From Eledone cirrhosa (taxonomy: Eukaryota), in the NCBI GenBank assembly GCA_964016885.1, contig CAXHJY010001756.1, positions 29,218 to 93,217 of the forward strand: a stretch of 64,000 nucleotides of DNA. The letters are read 5' to 3'. The notes beneath the pieces were generated by a model that saw nothing but the letters and a program-made list of their open reading frames with translations, did no database searches and was not told the DNA's origin. The translations under genes and the position numbers were made by a program. How positions within the stretch are numbered: the stretch's first letter is position 1; each line of letters starts with the position of its first letter. Shown piece after piece: positions 47,251 through 60,683 of the stretch.

Positions 47251-49607
47251 CTTTTTTTTCTTTTAATTTCGACGACTCTATTTGGATTAAACAATCTAAT
47301 AGTACCCCATTCGACGTGAGTATGTGCGCCAGCGATTATGCGGAGGTTACTGATATTATCGGCCTTTTCCTTCTTTTCTCTATCAAGGACGAATTCCCCA
47401 ACGTGGGCGGTGGTTTGTACTGTGATGATACTCTTTTGAGCATGACTAAGTAAGGCCCACGTGATTGCGACAGGTTCAGAAAAGAACTCACAACCTTCTT
47501 GAAAGGCTTCAACCTCTCTATACAGGTTGAGGCCAACCTCTCGGTCGTTAATTACCTCGAAGATAACTTCAATATATCGAATGGCTTGTATTACCCATAT
47601 AGAAAGCCGAATGATACGCTTAATTACATAAGTAAGCATTCTAACCATCCTGCCAGCATAACCAAGAACCTGGTAAGAAACGTTTCTTTGAGGCTTTCCC
47701 GTCTATCTACTAACGAGCATATTTTCAAAGACCATTCCACATATTACAATGAAGCTCTTGCTCGGAGTGGATTTGTCGATAAGGTAGCATATACAGAGTA
47801 CGAGAATAGACCTAGAAGAAATAGATCCCGACGCATTATATGGTATAACCCACCATATAATATGGAGGTGGCCACACCATTAGCTAAGATCTTTCTCTCA
47901 CTTATTACTAAGCATTTTCCACTTACAGATAAATATAGTAACATTTTTAATAGAAATAATATTAAAATTTCTTACTCTCGAACTCCTAACCTTGCATATA
48001 ACATCACAGCTTCAAATTTAGCTAAACTACCTAGCCGTAGGAACACGTGCAACCCGGTAGTTAGTACTAACTGTAATTGTAGGAATCGGGTTGATTGCCC
48101 CGTATCCGGGAAATGCCTCTCTAGTAACAGTGTCTACAAATGTAAGGTTGAAACACTCACGTCCAGTAAGGCCTACATAGAGTAAACCGCCAATAGATTC
48201 AAGCAGCGTCTTTATATGCATACCCATTCTTTTCGTTACCCTCTAAAAATGAATATGACGTCACTTTCAGTTTATATCTGGAGACTAAAAGACAACCACA
48301 CCCAATATAAGTTACACTGGTAGATCCTAGTAAAGGCTAGATCGTATAACGGAAATAAAAGACCATCTGACCATGGCGCCGCTGAGGCCCTGGAAATATT
48401 CTACGCCACAGACCACATCTTAAACAAAAAATCTGAGGCAATTTCGGTTTGTAAACATAAATTGCACAAAACTTTCCTGTATTACAGCCCCACATTATAT
48501 CCTAACGGATAGTACGATCATTACGCGGATATTTTACATCTTGATGTGGTAGCTAAGTATATGTTATGTTTCTACCATTACTTATTTGCATAGGTAAGTA
48601 TATATTAACTGTATGTTTTGTGAAGGTACGTATACTTTCTCGTATGTATATTTGATTGTATATGTTATGGAGTATATTTTATATATTCTTGTACATATGC
48701 TTTTGGTTATGTGTATACGTGAGTTTTGCGTATGTGTGAGTATGCGGGTTCGTACGTATGTAGGGCGTGTGTATATGTGTACTCCGTGCTTTGGTTGACG
48801 TCGATTCCAGACATATATGTATTTACATGTAGGTAAGTGTGTGCACTTGTTATATACGTATTTATTTATTTATATACGTTTATTTAATTATTTGAATACA
48901 CGCACACACACGCACACACACACACACGTATTTATGTGTGCGTGTATTTGTATACCTATGTCGAGTGTTTTCGCGTATGTTTGTGTATGTACGTATATGG
49001 ATGCGTGTATGTATTTATTTAATTTCAATTACCTCTGTATTTTACGTACTTTATTCTTAACTCTGAAGCGGAGAATCGTTCGGTTTCCTAGTTAGAATTT
49101 TAGCCTACGACTTCAGTTATACCATTTACGTGGTTTTGTCTTTGAGTGCAATTGCACTCCACGCTCCACATATGATGTATTATCTTCGTCTTTTCCGTTC
49201 ATACCCAGAGAACCTTTCTATGAACCACTTAAGAGAATATTAGTCTACGACTTCTTTTATACCATAAACGTGGTTTTGTCTTTGCGTGTAATTGTTTTTC
49301 ACCACTCCAAATAATGACGTATTATATTCGTTTTTTCCCGTTCTTTGCCAGGGAACGTTTCCACGAACCAAAGTATCGTCTTCCTCTCTTCGTCCAGTTG
49401 CAACGTTTTTCAAATATTCACTTCTGATTTCACAGATTGACTTTTTTAGTTTCAGAAGATCCGTTAAGGGTGAAAGCTGCGAGTATTTGCTTAAACTTTA
49501 ATCTGTTATTTTAATAAATATTTGCTCTACGGTTCTTATAAATTTGATATATATTTATCCTTATCGAGCCCTCTTTGGAATTTAGTGTTCAAGTTTATTA
49601 TTATTAC
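47251..49607 (+). mobile_element. PLE E (Hydra-like): decayed RT-GIY-YIG (~47255-48510) plus pLTR with HHR-like motif 49448-49497
   Basis: FDVSM..D.AEVTDIIGLFLL, GGLYCDD, SNHP, IIWYNPPY, CNCRNRVDCPV. Confidence 0.88.
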
Positions 49608-51511
<1,904 letters not shown>

Positions 51512-52611
51512 TGGTGGCTGCCAACTCGTTTTCGAGTACGGCCACTACTTTATATCCATGTAGGAGAACCCCTACCGATGCGCTGAACGAGTGTGACTTT
51601 TTAGTCCAGCCAGGGACTTGAAAACTCTGGTACAAACACTACACTTGTGACAATTATTGACACATAGTGCTGGGCCCATGGTACCATGTGATGACAAGGG
51701 CAGAGGGATCTCCAGATATAAAGCAATGCCTGTGCCGTGAAGCTTTTATAGTGAGCAAAGGCACTGCACAAAGCCAGTCCCACTCTCTTAACCAAGATGA
51801 TATTTACCAAAAGAAGAACAAGTCAACATCATTGGATACCATCAGGGTTGCAGGTGTTATATCAGAGTTTTCCTTCTCCTAGAATTCTGCCTTGACAAAG
51901 GCTAAGGGGTCATCTCTCCCGGTGATACATATACATACATATACATACATACATACATATATATATACATACATACATATATACATACATATATATATAC
52001 ATGGTGGCTGCCAACTCGTCTTCGAGTACGGCCACTACTTTATATCCATGTAGGAGAACCCCTACCGATGCGCTGAACGAGTGTGACTTTTTAGTCCAGC
52101 CAGCGACTTGAAAACTCTGGTGCAAACACTACACTTGTGACAATCATTGACACATAGTGCTGGGCCCATGGTACCATGTGACGACAAGTGCAGAGAGATC
52201 TCCAGATATAAAGCAATGCCTGTGCCGTGAAGCTTTTATAGTGAGCAAAGGCACTGCACAAAGCCAGTCCCACTCGCTTAACCAAGATGATATTTACCAA
52301 AAAGAAGAACAAGTCAACATCATTGGATACCATCAGGGTTGCAGGTGTTATATCAGAGTTTTCCTTCTCCTAGAATTCTGCCTTGACAAAGGCTAAGGGG
52401 TCATCTCTCCCAGTGATTTTGGATGGCCATTGACTCTTAAGAGCTCCTTTGCCCTTTGACAGGTTTTGTTTTTAGTCCTGCAGGATGTCCAAAGTCACCC
52501 TCCTCACTAAGAAACCTTGGTGGGGTTGCCAGTTTTAGTCGCCAACGACCCGACCATGTGACAGGTTGTACTGGGATACATGTTACCAGTAGCACCAAGT
52601 GGTGACCTGAC

Positions 52612-52612
<1 letters not shown>
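51512..52612 (-). mobile_element. Tandemly duplicated ~415-bp segment resembling an RTE-clade 5' UTR
   Basis: 51512-51926 repeats at 52001-52416; minus strand GGCAG..CTAGGAGAAGGAAAACTCTGA recalled as an RTE 5' motif. Confidence 0.5.
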
Positions 52613-52655
<43 letters not shown>

Positions 52656-52768
52656 GTATATATATAAATGTATATATATAAATTTATATATATAAATATA
52701 TATATATAAATATATATATAAATGTATATACATAAATATATATATATACATATATATATAAAATATAT

Positions 52769-53650
52769 ATATCTATATCCAAAATTAAGATAAATTAAAT
52801 GAATTTAATTTAAATCGAGATTGTGGGTGTCATGCCATAAAGGCGTGCGCCATATCGCCCGGAAAATAAGCTCAAAGATTTTGTAGGTCGAGCATTTTAT
52901 AATAACTAGAAATTGATTAACATATATATAAACATGTATAATCACAGGAGAAGATTAATCATATTAAAAGATATCTATCTTTGAAGTTCTAGCCAACTTT
53001 ATTTATGTGTTACCTACTAGCTATGCGTGGTTACACGCTTGTAAAAATTATATCCTGTGATTATACATGTTTATATATATGTTAATCAATTTCTAGTTAT
53101 ATAAAATGCTCGGACCTACAACATCTTTGAGCTTATTTTCCGGGCGATATGGCGCACGCCGTTATGGCATGACACCCACAATTTCGATTTAAATTTATTT
53201 AATCTATCTAATTTTGGATATAGATATATAAATACGGCTCCTTAATTGTAGAGCTAACTCTGTTGAAAGGAATCGACTGCTGTTTCTATTTGTCGAATAC
53301 CTATTCACGCCACCGAGACGAAGCCGCTGTGATGTGTAAAAACAACACGTGGTAGCGGCCAGTTGAAGATTTGAACTCGCTGTGTAAGCATGGATTGCTG
53401 GACAATTGTTCTTCCTTGTTCATAATCCAATAATATCCATTTTCCGTGACTTACCATCTGATTAATTGGTGAAATATATTTCTTTAATGGAATATATACA
53501 GGATGATTAATCATATTAAAAGGTATCTATTTTTGAAGTTCTAGCCAACTTTATTTATTTGTTACCTACTAGCTATGCGTGGTTACACGCTTGTGAAAAT
53601 TATCTCCTGTGATTATAGATGTTTATATATATGTTAATCAATTTCTATTT
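52769..53650. repeat. Inverted plus tandem composite: ~180-bp inverted arms and a 552-bp direct period
   Basis: 52769-52949 is the reverse complement of 53053-53229; 52953-53095 recurs at 53505-53647. Confidence 0.85.
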
Positions 53651-53676
53651 ATTATATATAAATATATATATATAAA

Positions 53677-54597
53677 TATTTCACCAAAATTGTAGGAATC
53701 CTATAATGAAACGAGACGTCGGTCTGGGAAGAGATATATTCGATATGTCTCATATGAAATAATACAGCCAATTTTCCACGCAATACTTTTAGTTAGCAAC
53801 CCGAACGCATAAATAGGATATAATCGCTTATTTCCTAATGTTTGTTGAGTGAGTTGGAATTTGGCCGGAGTATCGCTAAAAGCTTTCTCCGATATTGTAT
53901 TTATTTATTTACTCTGGGTGCAACGTATTTGAAATTCCCGGTATAAGTTTAGGCTTTCTTTGTTTATTTTTTTATATATGAATATTGATTGTTCCATATA
54001 TCTCATTCTGTTATTTTGCCCGAGAAAATATCTGTGTGTCATCAAATTTTTACACACATAGATATTTTTTCAATTTCCAATTGAGTTCTAGCACGTGGCT
54101 GAATTCCTTTAGAGTTCATTGTCATGCGCATGTATTGTTTTTTTTTTGGCGGTAATTTACTTCCTCATTTTTTAATCAATTTGAGCATTTCTTTAAAACT
54201 GCTGGACTAGCAACCTGACAGATACCTCAGGCACTGATGATGATTATCGCTAAATACTGATGTAGGTTAGATTATCAATATTAGTATTATTGGGGCACCC
54301 ACTGTTGAATTATAGGAGCCCACTTGAATATATATCTATTGATGGTATACAAGCTCCTACATAAATTGGTATAATTTCACCCAAATTGTAGGAATCCTAT
54401 AATGAAACGAGACGTCGTCTGGAAGAGATATATTCGATATGTCTCATATGAAATAATACAGCCAATTTTCCACACAATACTTTTAGTTAGCACCCCGAAC
54501 ACATAATTAGGAATATAATCACTTATTCCTAATGTTTGTTGAGTGAGTTGGAATTTTGCCGGAGTATCGCTAAAAAGCTTTCTCCGATATTGTATTT
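53677..54597 (+). mobile_element. Non-coding ~696-bp unit with ~225-bp terminal direct repeat and degenerate HHR
   Basis: 53677-53905 recurs at 54374-54597; CTGTTGA-ATTATAGGA...TCCTATAAT-GAAA-CGAGACG-TC. Confidence 0.6.
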
Positions 54598-55010
54598 ATA
54601 TATATAAATATATATATATAAAATAAATATATATATATATAAATATATATTATATAAATATATATATATAAATATATAATATAAAATATATAAATATATA
54701 AATATACATATAAATATATATATATATAAATATATATAAATATATATATATATACATATACATAAATATATAAATATATATAAATATATATATATATATA
54801 TAATATAATATATATATATATAGTAATATGAAATACGTCCCCTTCACGCACAAAGGCGCCAAGGTACGCATGTATTGTCCAACCAAGTGCCAATGTGGTT
54901 CAATGGCGGGTTAATAAATTAACGAGCCAGAACAAATATAAACAAGGTTTAGTAAATAATGAAAAAGTTTCAAAATAAATTTTAAAAAATTGACTTTACC
55001 TACTATAGTT

Positions 55011-55094
55011 ACCTTTACCGATCGGTTTCGAATCCCAAAAATAAAACGGAGACCATACGGCCTTCGTTGCAAAGAGAGATTCTCGTCAGAAGGT
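55011..55094 (-). ncRNA. Type-I hammerhead
   Basis: Reverse complement of 55597-55680. Confidence 0.92.
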
Positions 55095-55596
55095 TCTATT
55101 CATTCAAAGAATATAAAATTCCTGAATTTAAATCACAAACTAGCGCTATCAAAAACTGTTCCTGGGATGAGAGTGGATGATGTAGAACAAACCTGTTCTA
55201 CATCATCCACTACATCAAGGGCCGTAGCAAAGATAGAGGCAAAAGGAGGTAGGTCAAACTAGCCACCGCTGTTGCCAGCAGCAGTCGGAATGACCCGGTT
55301 TGTTCTCAACGTTAGTGGAGGTAGCAGTAATATGAAATACGTCCCTTCACGCACAAGGCGCCAAGGTACGCATGTATTGTCCAACCAAGTGCGAATGTAG
55401 TTCAATGGCGGGTTAATAAATTAACGGGCCAGAACAAATATAAACAAGGTTTAGTAAATAATGAAAAAGTTTCAAAATAAATTTTTAAAAATTGACTTTA
55501 CGTACTATAGTTAACTTTACCGATCCCAGGAACAGTTTTTGATAGCGCTAGTTTGTGATTTAAATTCAGGAATTTTATATTCTTTGAATGAAAAGA

Positions 55597-55680
55597 ACCT
55601 TCTGACGAGAATCTCTCTTTGCAACGAAGGCCGTATGGTCTCCGTTTTATTTTTGGGATTCGAAACCGATCGGTAAAGGT
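55597..55680 (+). ncRNA. Type-I hammerhead
   Basis: ACCTT-CTGACGA-GAATCTC...GGGATTC-GAAA-CCGATCGG-TA^AAGGT; predicted cleavage after 55675. Confidence 0.92.
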
Positions 55681-56079
55681 AACTATAGTAGGTAAAGTCA
55701 ATTTTTTAAAATTTATTTTGAAACTTTTTCATTATTTACTAAACCTTGTTTATATTTGTTCTGGCTCGTTAATTTATTAACCCGCCATTGAACCACATTG
55801 GCACTTGGTTGGACAATACATGCGTACCTTGGCGCCTTGTGCGTGAAGGGACGTATTTCATATTACTACTACCTCCACTAACGTTGAGAACAAACCGGGT
55901 CATTCCGACTGCTGCTGGCAACAGCGGTGGCTAGTTTGACCTACCTCCTTTTGCCTCTATCTTTGCTACGGCCCTTGATAAACCTGTTCTACATCATCCA
56001 CTCTCATCCCAGGAACAGTTTTTGATAGCGCTAGTTTGTGATTTAAATTCAGGAATTGTATATTCTTTGAATGAAAAGA

Positions 56080-56163
56080 ACCTTCTGACGAGAATCTCTC
56101 TTTGCAACGAAGGCCGTATGGTCTCCGTTTTATTTTTGGGATTCGAAACCGATCGGTAAAGGT
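56080..56163 (+). ncRNA. Type-I hammerhead
   Basis: Same motif; predicted cleavage after 56158. Confidence 0.92.
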
Positions 56164-56233
56164 AACTATAGTAGGTAAAGTCAATTTTTTAAAATTTATT
56201 TTGAAACTTTTTCATTATTTACTAAACCTTGTT

Positions 56234-56265
<32 letters not shown>

Positions 56266-56711
56266 GGCAGACATGTTTGCATGCTTCCATTCATACACGT
56301 GTATGTATATTTGTGTCTTACTAAGTGAATACGCATGTCTGTATATCGATTTTCCAGCTCGTATTTTTTGGCGACATCTGCTGAGCTGATAACTCAAGAG
56401 GATTAAGTACATTGTATATTTGTTTGGTTAATATTCTGTTATTTTTCTGGCTGCTCATTGAATTCTGACACTGAATACATGCCATTATCGAAACTTATAA
56501 GGTATCAAGTATAAAAATAGAACACGATTACATCTATTAAATCTGCATGCAAGTAAATACGTTAGTGACAAGTATTTGACTTACTACATTATATATTAAC
56601 GGTTTGGCTTAGTGAAACATTGTTCACGTTTTAATTAGGCGTAATATTTTTTAACTTCAAATGCATTCAGAATATGTCGTACACACACCCGGATACATAC
56701 ATATAAGTGTG

Positions 56712-56815
<104 letters not shown>

Positions 56816-56822
56816 CACACAT

Positions 56823-56856
<34 letters not shown>

Positions 56857-57995
56857 CACACATATATATACACACATACACACACACACGCACACATATA
56901 TACATATATATATATATATAAATATATATATATATGTGTGTGTGTACGTATATAACCATGATGTAAGATTCATCGTTTTGTTGATGAAATAAGTGCTCTT
57001 ATATCTATTTTATGGTAACTGCTATGTAACAATTACAATGTCATCAGATAGTTACTAAAAATTGCACGAAGAAACATTATATGAATTAAAATTACTCATG
57101 CAGTTTTCATTCTTTGATATGATAATGATAGATTATTGTTGTTGATTTCTCGTAGGCCCGTTGACATATATTTTCGCTGAAACTTTGTGAACATAATAGC
57201 TTCAGTAAACACATCAATTCATCAAATTTCTACATAGGTATAAGTAAAATTATCAAAATATCTACATAAAATGTTTATCCTGGAAAATATGTAATATATG
57301 ATGTTCTAAAATCATATATAAAATAATTTTTCCATATACTAGAATTTGAGACTAAACGCTAAATATAACTATATCTTTATATAACTTAACTCAGTAAACT
57401 AATAAAAATTAGAGTTATCTTTTCCTTTAAAAAAAACATGTTTACCTCTAACATTTACGTAACAATTAAACTTTACATAAATATAAAAATTTCGTAAATT
57501 TATATCTATCTTGACACAATTATAGAATATACAAAATAATATACATCTTCTATACTAAAATAGAATTACTTCCACATTCTTAAGCCATATATAAACAATA
57601 TTTGAATGCGTGTGTTCATGTGCGTGTATATTGATCAGTGAACAAGTGAATCTATGCAGTCGTTTTGTGTATTTTTCTTCTCAGTAAAATAATTATAGGA
57701 GGTGTATGTTTAAAAGTCAATTTGCTGATTTGTAATAAAACTAATAGTATAATTGAACATTTGTACATTTAGTTGCATGTACCAATGAGTTTGTCATGAT
57801 ATATCACATAGATAATTTAATACTAAGTTTCTTTGGGTATATTTCTTGGAAACTATGAAAAACAATTGAATTCTATTCGATTTCCCATCGAATTATTAAT
57901 ATATATATTGTCACATCACGCAATAGTTGAAAGCCTATATCTACTCGTATCAGATATATATATATATATATATATATTAAAATAACAGATTAAAG

Positions 57996-58025
<30 letters not shown>

Positions 58026-58030
<5 letters not shown>

Positions 58031-58170
58031 AAAGGTATGACCCCGACGGCAGAGCTCAAGCCGTTTCGACGGCTATTTCTGGACTGAAATATTACTCGCT
58101 CTTCTACCCTAAGTATTGAATACTCTGGTGCGTTATGGTCCATCTGGTTCCTTACCACAATTCCTTCGTT
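58026..58170 (+). mobile_element. Family H mini-insertion with 5' inversion
   Basis: 58026-58088 is the inverted HHR 3' half (cf. 420-478); 58090-58170 is the direct tail (cf. 477-559). Confidence 0.75.
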
Positions 58171-58446
58171 ATATATATATATGAATGAAGAAACGTGTGT
58201 TGTTGCAATTAGGATATATATAATAAATGAAGAATTAGAAATAGAGGCCAGGAATATCTGTCATCAGTGGTCTACTAGCCATCATAGGTATTTCTTCTCA
58301 TTATATATATGAGAGAGAGAGGGGGAAGAGAAAGAAAGAGATTCCCCAAGGGGATCGAAAGCTGACTATAATTAAAAAGGTTAGTCTATGCATTGGAAGA
58401 TTATAAGCATCTTTATTTTGTTTCATTCGTCTGTATAATCACCAGG

Positions 58447-58491
58447 AACGTCCTGATGAGTTCATCCGAATGAAACAGTTCTCGTCATGTT
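58447..58491 (+). ncRNA. Hammerhead-like motif
   Basis: AACGT-C-CTGATGA-GTTC/ATCC/GAAT-GAAA-C..G-TC^ATGTT; stem I needs a one-base bulge. Confidence 0.5.
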
Positions 58492-59363
58492 GACACCATT
58501 TTTATATGAAATAGAGATGTACCAAGCGTCGCCCGAAGGCGAAACTGCCTTTTAAGTGGAATTTGATTCACAAAACAGAATATTTTAGTTATGTCCCGTA
58601 GATTTGCAATCCAGCAGATTAATAAATAAATGAAAACTATATAGATAAGAACAATTCTTGAAAACAGTAAACTCTGAGATCGACTAAATCGCTTCAAGAC
58701 CTACCTCCACCATGGTGGCATTTTGAAAACAATAAAATAATAAATTACCACACACATACACACAATCAGACGCACACATACACACAAACTGAGACGCGCA
58801 CATACACACAGTCTCAGACACACACACACATACAATCATCTGCGTATATATGTAAATTATTTATTCATAAATCATCACGCTCAGGTTTTTACAAACCTGT
58901 TCTATCCAGTTTGCAATCTGATAGTTAAATGACATAGCTCTCATCTCGTCCAGGTTTCATTAATTATATATCTCCAACCAAATGAAATAGGATAGCATCA
59001 AGACCAAATGAAGAGATTTAGGAAACCATATGACAAACAACGTTAACAGTCTCAAGTGTGATTTCGATATTACAACAATTTTAACAGTTGAGAATACACT
59101 TCAATCACGCACGAGTGGAAAGCACCATATTACTACTGATAACATTTATTTTCTAACACAGTCATACCTCCCAACCCGCCCACAACCACACACCCACTCA
59201 CCTACAAACGGACAGAAAAAAATGCTACCAGCGATGCATTTTTCTGCTAGTATAAAATTGTAAATTTATTTATTCTTATACACTCTGTAGTCTCTATTTA
59301 GTGAATGGTTTATAATTAATGGATTTTGCACATTATTGACTTTAATACGTGACTACATTCTTA

Positions 59364-59504
59364 TATATACATATACATATATATATATACATATACATAC
59401 ATATATATATATACATATATATACATATATATATATACATATATATATATACATATATATATACATATATACATATATATACATATACACAAACATATAT
59501 ATAC

Positions 59505-59536
<32 letters not shown>

Positions 59537-59862
59537 ACATATATATATACATATATACATATATATATACATATATACATATATATACACATATATATAC
59601 ATATATATACACATATATATACATATATATACATATACATATATATACATATACATATATATACATATATACATATATATACATACATATATATACATAT
59701 ATACATATATATACATATATATACATATACATATATATACATATATATACATATATATACATATATATACATATACATATATATACATATATATACATAT
59801 ACATATATATACATATATATACATATATATACATATATATACATATATATACATATATATAC

Positions 59863-59909
<47 letters not shown>

Positions 59910-59958
59910 CATATATATATATACATATATATATATACATATATATACATATATATAC

Positions 59959-60005
<47 letters not shown>

Positions 60006-60520
60006 CATATATATATATACATATATATATATACATATATATACATATATATCCATATATATATATATACATATATATACATATATATATATACATATAT
60101 ATATATACATATATATATATACATATATATATACATATTATATATACATATATATATATACATATATATATATACATATATATATACATATTATATATAC
60201 ATATATATATACATTTTATATATACATATATATATATACATTTTATATATACATATATATATATACATTTTATATATATATACACATATATATGTACATA
60301 TATATATATACATACATATATATATATACATTTTATATATATACATATATATATACATATATATATATACATATACATATATATATATATACACATATAT
60401 ATATATACATATATATATACACATATATATACACATATATATATACATATATATATATACACATATATATATACACATATATATATATACATATATATAT
60501 ATACATATATATATATATAC

Positions 60521-60579
<59 letters not shown>

Positions 60580-60612
60580 TATATATACATATATATACAT
60601 ATATATATATAC

Positions 60613-60665
<53 letters not shown>

Positions 60666-60683
60666 TATATATACATATTTATA
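59364..60683. repeat. (TA)n tract with CA interruptions
   Basis: Direct reading. Confidence 0.95.

Larger units (their letters stand above)
54822..56236. mobile_element. Retrozyme-like element: two ~1.45-mer arrays of a 483-nt HHR unit joined head-to-head in (TA)n
   Basis: Direct periodicity on each arm; inversion point ~55523; three complete HHRs; no credible ORF. Confidence 0.85.

Noticed and set aside
54990-55262. Repeated small ORF MTLPTIVTFTDRF...
   Set aside because: TTG start, antisense to the HHR, different C-termini among copies, no recognisable domain
57155-57237. Possible AG..GT host exon
   Set aside because: Stop codons in all frames and no other support
58255-58275. CTGATGA on the minus strand (also 54234 and 45574 on the plus strand)
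   Set aside because: No matching stem II-GAAA
58510-58860. Possible non-autonomous Helitron/Helentron-like element
   Set aside because: Only a vague resemblance; termini not definable
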